A stretch of 64,000 nucleotides of DNA from Octopus bimaculoides. Lineage: Eukaryota. Both the position numbers and the translations under genes were made by a program. This document shows positions 60,955 through 64,000 of the stretch, piece by piece. Position 1 is the first letter of the stretch. The number at the start of each line of letters is the position of its first letter. The notes below the pieces were generated by a model. The model was given only the letters and a program-made list of their open reading frames with translations. It was not told where the DNA came from and searched no databases. The DNA is taken from positions 61,581,419 to 61,645,418 of the forward strand of contig NC_068987.1 in the NCBI RefSeq assembly GCF_001194135.2, written 5' to 3'.

Positions 60955-61117
60955 ACGGGCTTCTTTCAGTTTCTATCTACCAAATCCACTCACAAGGCTT
61001 TGGTCAGCTCGAGGCTATAGTAGAAGACACTCGCCCAATGTACCACGCAGTAGGACTGAACCCGGAGCCATGTGGTTGGTTAGCAAGCTAGTTACCACAC
61101 AGCCACTCCTGCGCCTA
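60635..61117 (-). mobile_element. tRNA-derived SINE family B, full-length copy with internal microsatellite
   Basis: - strand head AGGCGCAGGAGTGGCTGTGTGGTAA...CCGGGTTCAGTCC, CORE-like segment, (TA/TG)n insert, 3' module ending GACTGAAACAAGTAAAAGA. Other copies or parts at 1238-1400, 2075-2235, 3640-3810, 7404-7695, 11262-11430, 12395-12545, 21690-21830, 24070-24465, 32535-32698, 48025-48610, 59760-59900. Confidence 0.82.
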
Positions 61118-61199
61118 TATGTATGTTTATTATGCCAAAAGTATAGCCTATATCCGCCTCCTCCTCCTCCCCTCCCCATCCTACTCCTCCTCCTCCCCC

Positions 61200-61940
61200 T
61201 ACAACTGTACGCCCTTCCTAATGCCACCACCTACGGCTGTATGCCCTTCCTAATGCCAACCACTTCACAAGTGTACTGGGTACTTTTACGCAGCACCACC
61301 ATGGGTGCTTTTTACATGGAACTAGCACCCACAAACTCGCAAGACAGGGATGCAGGGGACATGCCTATATGCAAGGACAACCTCGATTTTATTTAGCTTG
61401 ACGTGTCCTTTCAAGCACAGCAAACCCCAACAGTCTTGGTCCCCTGTCATCCATTCTGTGAATTTCAACATCTGTAGATCCTTTCTCACTACTTTGTCCC
61501 ACTTCTTTCTGGGTCTACCCCTTCCACATGTTCCCTCTACAATTAGAGATCAACACCTCTTGATGCAGCTGTCTTCATTCATATGCATTACATGACCATA
61601 CTAGTGCAGACATCTTTTTTCTCTCAAATCACTTACACTCTGCTGTATATGCACACTGACATTACCTATCAAGTAGAGCACACAGGCTTCATTTCTTTAA
61701 AGCCTTTGCGTATCCTCAGTAGTCACAGCCTATGTCTCACTGCAATAGTGCCATAGCCATTCACACACAGGCATCATACAATCTGCCTTTCACTTTGAAA
61801 GAGCGGTCCTTCATTACTAACAAAGGTAATAACTCTCTGAACTTCACCCAGCCTATTCTTATTGTAGCAGCTATGCTTTCAGAACAATTTCTCCCACTAC
61901 TAACTCAGTCACCTAAGTAACAGAAACTGTCTACTTCTTC
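61200..61940 (-). mobile_element. RTE LINE 3' fragment (ORF end plus 3' UTR), degenerate
   Basis: Colinear with the 23140-23590 fragment and continues into family A sequence. A shorter copy is at about 930-1120. Confidence 0.8.
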
Positions 61941-63095
61941 TAAGACAGCTTTCATTACTTAGGTGACCAAGTTAGTAGTTAGGAAGGTTATTTTAATAAT
62001 TTTTTTTATTATTTTCAAAATTAATTAAAATAAAGACTATGCATTTGAACAGAAATATGGCAACAAAAGGGTTAATGTCAGAAGCACTCTAAACTCTATT
62101 GTAATGATAATTTTATTTGGTATTATTCTTGTGTTTAAATTTGTTATATTTGTGCTATCTCTTGGTAGCACAACTAAATTTTGCTACTCTCAGAATGTTT
62201 AAGGAAATGGATAACGGATGAGAAGTGATAGCAATCTTTCTATGATTTAGTAAGATGTTTGGATTGTTAATTTTTAAGGCCAACAGGTCAGATTCTTTAA
62301 ACACGACTAACAAAAATAAATGGATTTGTAAAGACAGAGGTGAGAAACAAGACATTTAAGTAACTGACAGACTAAGAAATAAATATTTGTTATCTGAGTG
62401 TTATTATGAGTAATTAAATACCAAAATAAATACATAGTTTATACATGTAAACATGCACGTACAACATCCACTTATCCTAAAATATATATTTTCTACGTAG
62501 ATTGCATGTACATTATCTATAGCAAGAAAATCAAAGAGGTACATTATTTTAAAGAGCAGTTGTGAAATAGACCAGCAGTACAGTCAAGAACAGTATATTC
62601 AAATGCAGTGATATTTAACAATCGATATTCTAAAAGGGGATATTTGGAGCAATGCATTTGCGATAAGTGTAACAGATGTTATTGCTACAACACCAACGAG
62701 CATTCATGCATATAAATACACATCATAGTTGTAACTGGTTAAAGAGGTGGAAAGTTAGATCTATCAGCCAAAGAGTTGATTGTTCACGTCCCATCAGTAA
62801 CATTGTGATATGTCCCTGGAAATGATAACATGGCTAATGTTTATTCACTTAAAAGGATGTAGTGTGATATGATGATGAACAGTTTGTGTTGAGGACAGTA
62901 GGAGCACTATATAATTGATGAGTGTTTTGTAATCTTGAAGTTATAAATTCAGATGTTCTTTTGGTAAAATTATTTGCAGTACTGAGTACTAACCCAGACT
63001 GAGATTTAAGATTTATTTGTTTTCTAATTAACTTTATATAATCCAGAGATATGTATCTATACTGTTTGAAAATAATGTTAGCCCTCTAATATGTA

Positions 63096-63136
<41 letters not shown>

Positions 63137-63419
63137 TTCAAAAATTAACAGAAACACAATGAATGGAAAATTTTACAAAAACATAAACAGAAAATTCATA
63201 GCTAATTCCTCATCAGTCAACATTCAAAAGATCATTACAATTTTGTGCCTTTAACACTGATATTGTTTATTTTTGGTGGTGCCAGTGGTGAAAAGCCATT
63301 GGAAATAGCTAATGACTGTACATGACAATGATGAAAACAAACATGACAAAATAATATATATGTATGCTACAAAAAAAGCCATGTGGCCACAAAACAAGAG
63401 GGTATTGATTCACACAAAG

Positions 63420-63462
<43 letters not shown>

Positions 63463-63869
63463 TTGTTTTGACTCTTATTTTTAGCACTGGTGGTATTATT
63501 TAGTAGTCTCTGTCACTTTAGTGACATCTATAAATTTGCCTTTAGGTTGTTAAATTGCTAATAAGCCACTTATATAATTTGTAGTTTTCACTTTTACTGC
63601 TTTTGAAATCAGTGTAAGAGTTCAATGAATTTTTTATAAGCTGACAAGATGAGTTGAGTTTAACCCTAGGAGCAGTAAGAGCTACCAATGAGAATTAAGA
63701 TGTTCGAGCATCAAAATTCGAAATCGCTGGCAATCTGGCTATGTCTGCTAAGGAGCTTGTCTCCCCTGTCAGTTACTAAGATAGTACTTAAGTGGCTATT
63801 GAGTTGTTTTGACTCTTATTTCTAGCAATGCTGGTACTACTTAGTACCTTCTGTGATTTTCGTAACATC

Positions 63870-64000
<131 letters not shown>

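Noticed and set aside
62155-62355. - strand ORF with a strong acceptor (VFKESDLLALKINNP...)
   Set aside because: No good donor before the stop and no homology; possible upstream exon of the - strand gene but unsupported.

Overview
AT-rich eukaryotic genomic DNA with many repeats, most likely a coleoid cephalopod (octopus-type SINE/LINE landscape; inferred from recalled repeat families, not from a search). The main feature is a + strand gene for the centriole cartwheel protein SAS-6: 14 coding exons from 9245 to the stop at 40158, all GT-AG and phase-consistent, about 628 codons. Its first coding exon is not identified with certainty; the best in-window candidate is 5356-5432. Downstream, six phase-compatible exons on the - strand (54213 down to 42690) build a 149-aa C-terminus of a convergent gene I cannot name. 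The rest is fossil mobile DNA: RTE-type LINE fragments and their (GAT)n-tailed 3' ends, several tRNA-derived SINE families, piggyBac-like and mariner-like MITEs, a maT/DD37D-type Tc1/mariner, a Buster-type hAT, an R4-type retroelement, an internally deleted Gypsy element with one LTR, and Helitron-like elements. There are also three long intronic hairpins, a 21-bp minisatellite, many microsatellites and six N gaps. No CRISPR array, rRNA or genuine tRNA gene is supported. Best leads: the unnamed convergent gene, the hairpin family whose arms co-vary, the exact head-to-tail Helitron dimer, and a possible MGSCCS lipidation-motif first exon for SAS-6. Comparisons to human SAS-6 and to TE consensus motifs are from memory and need a database check.
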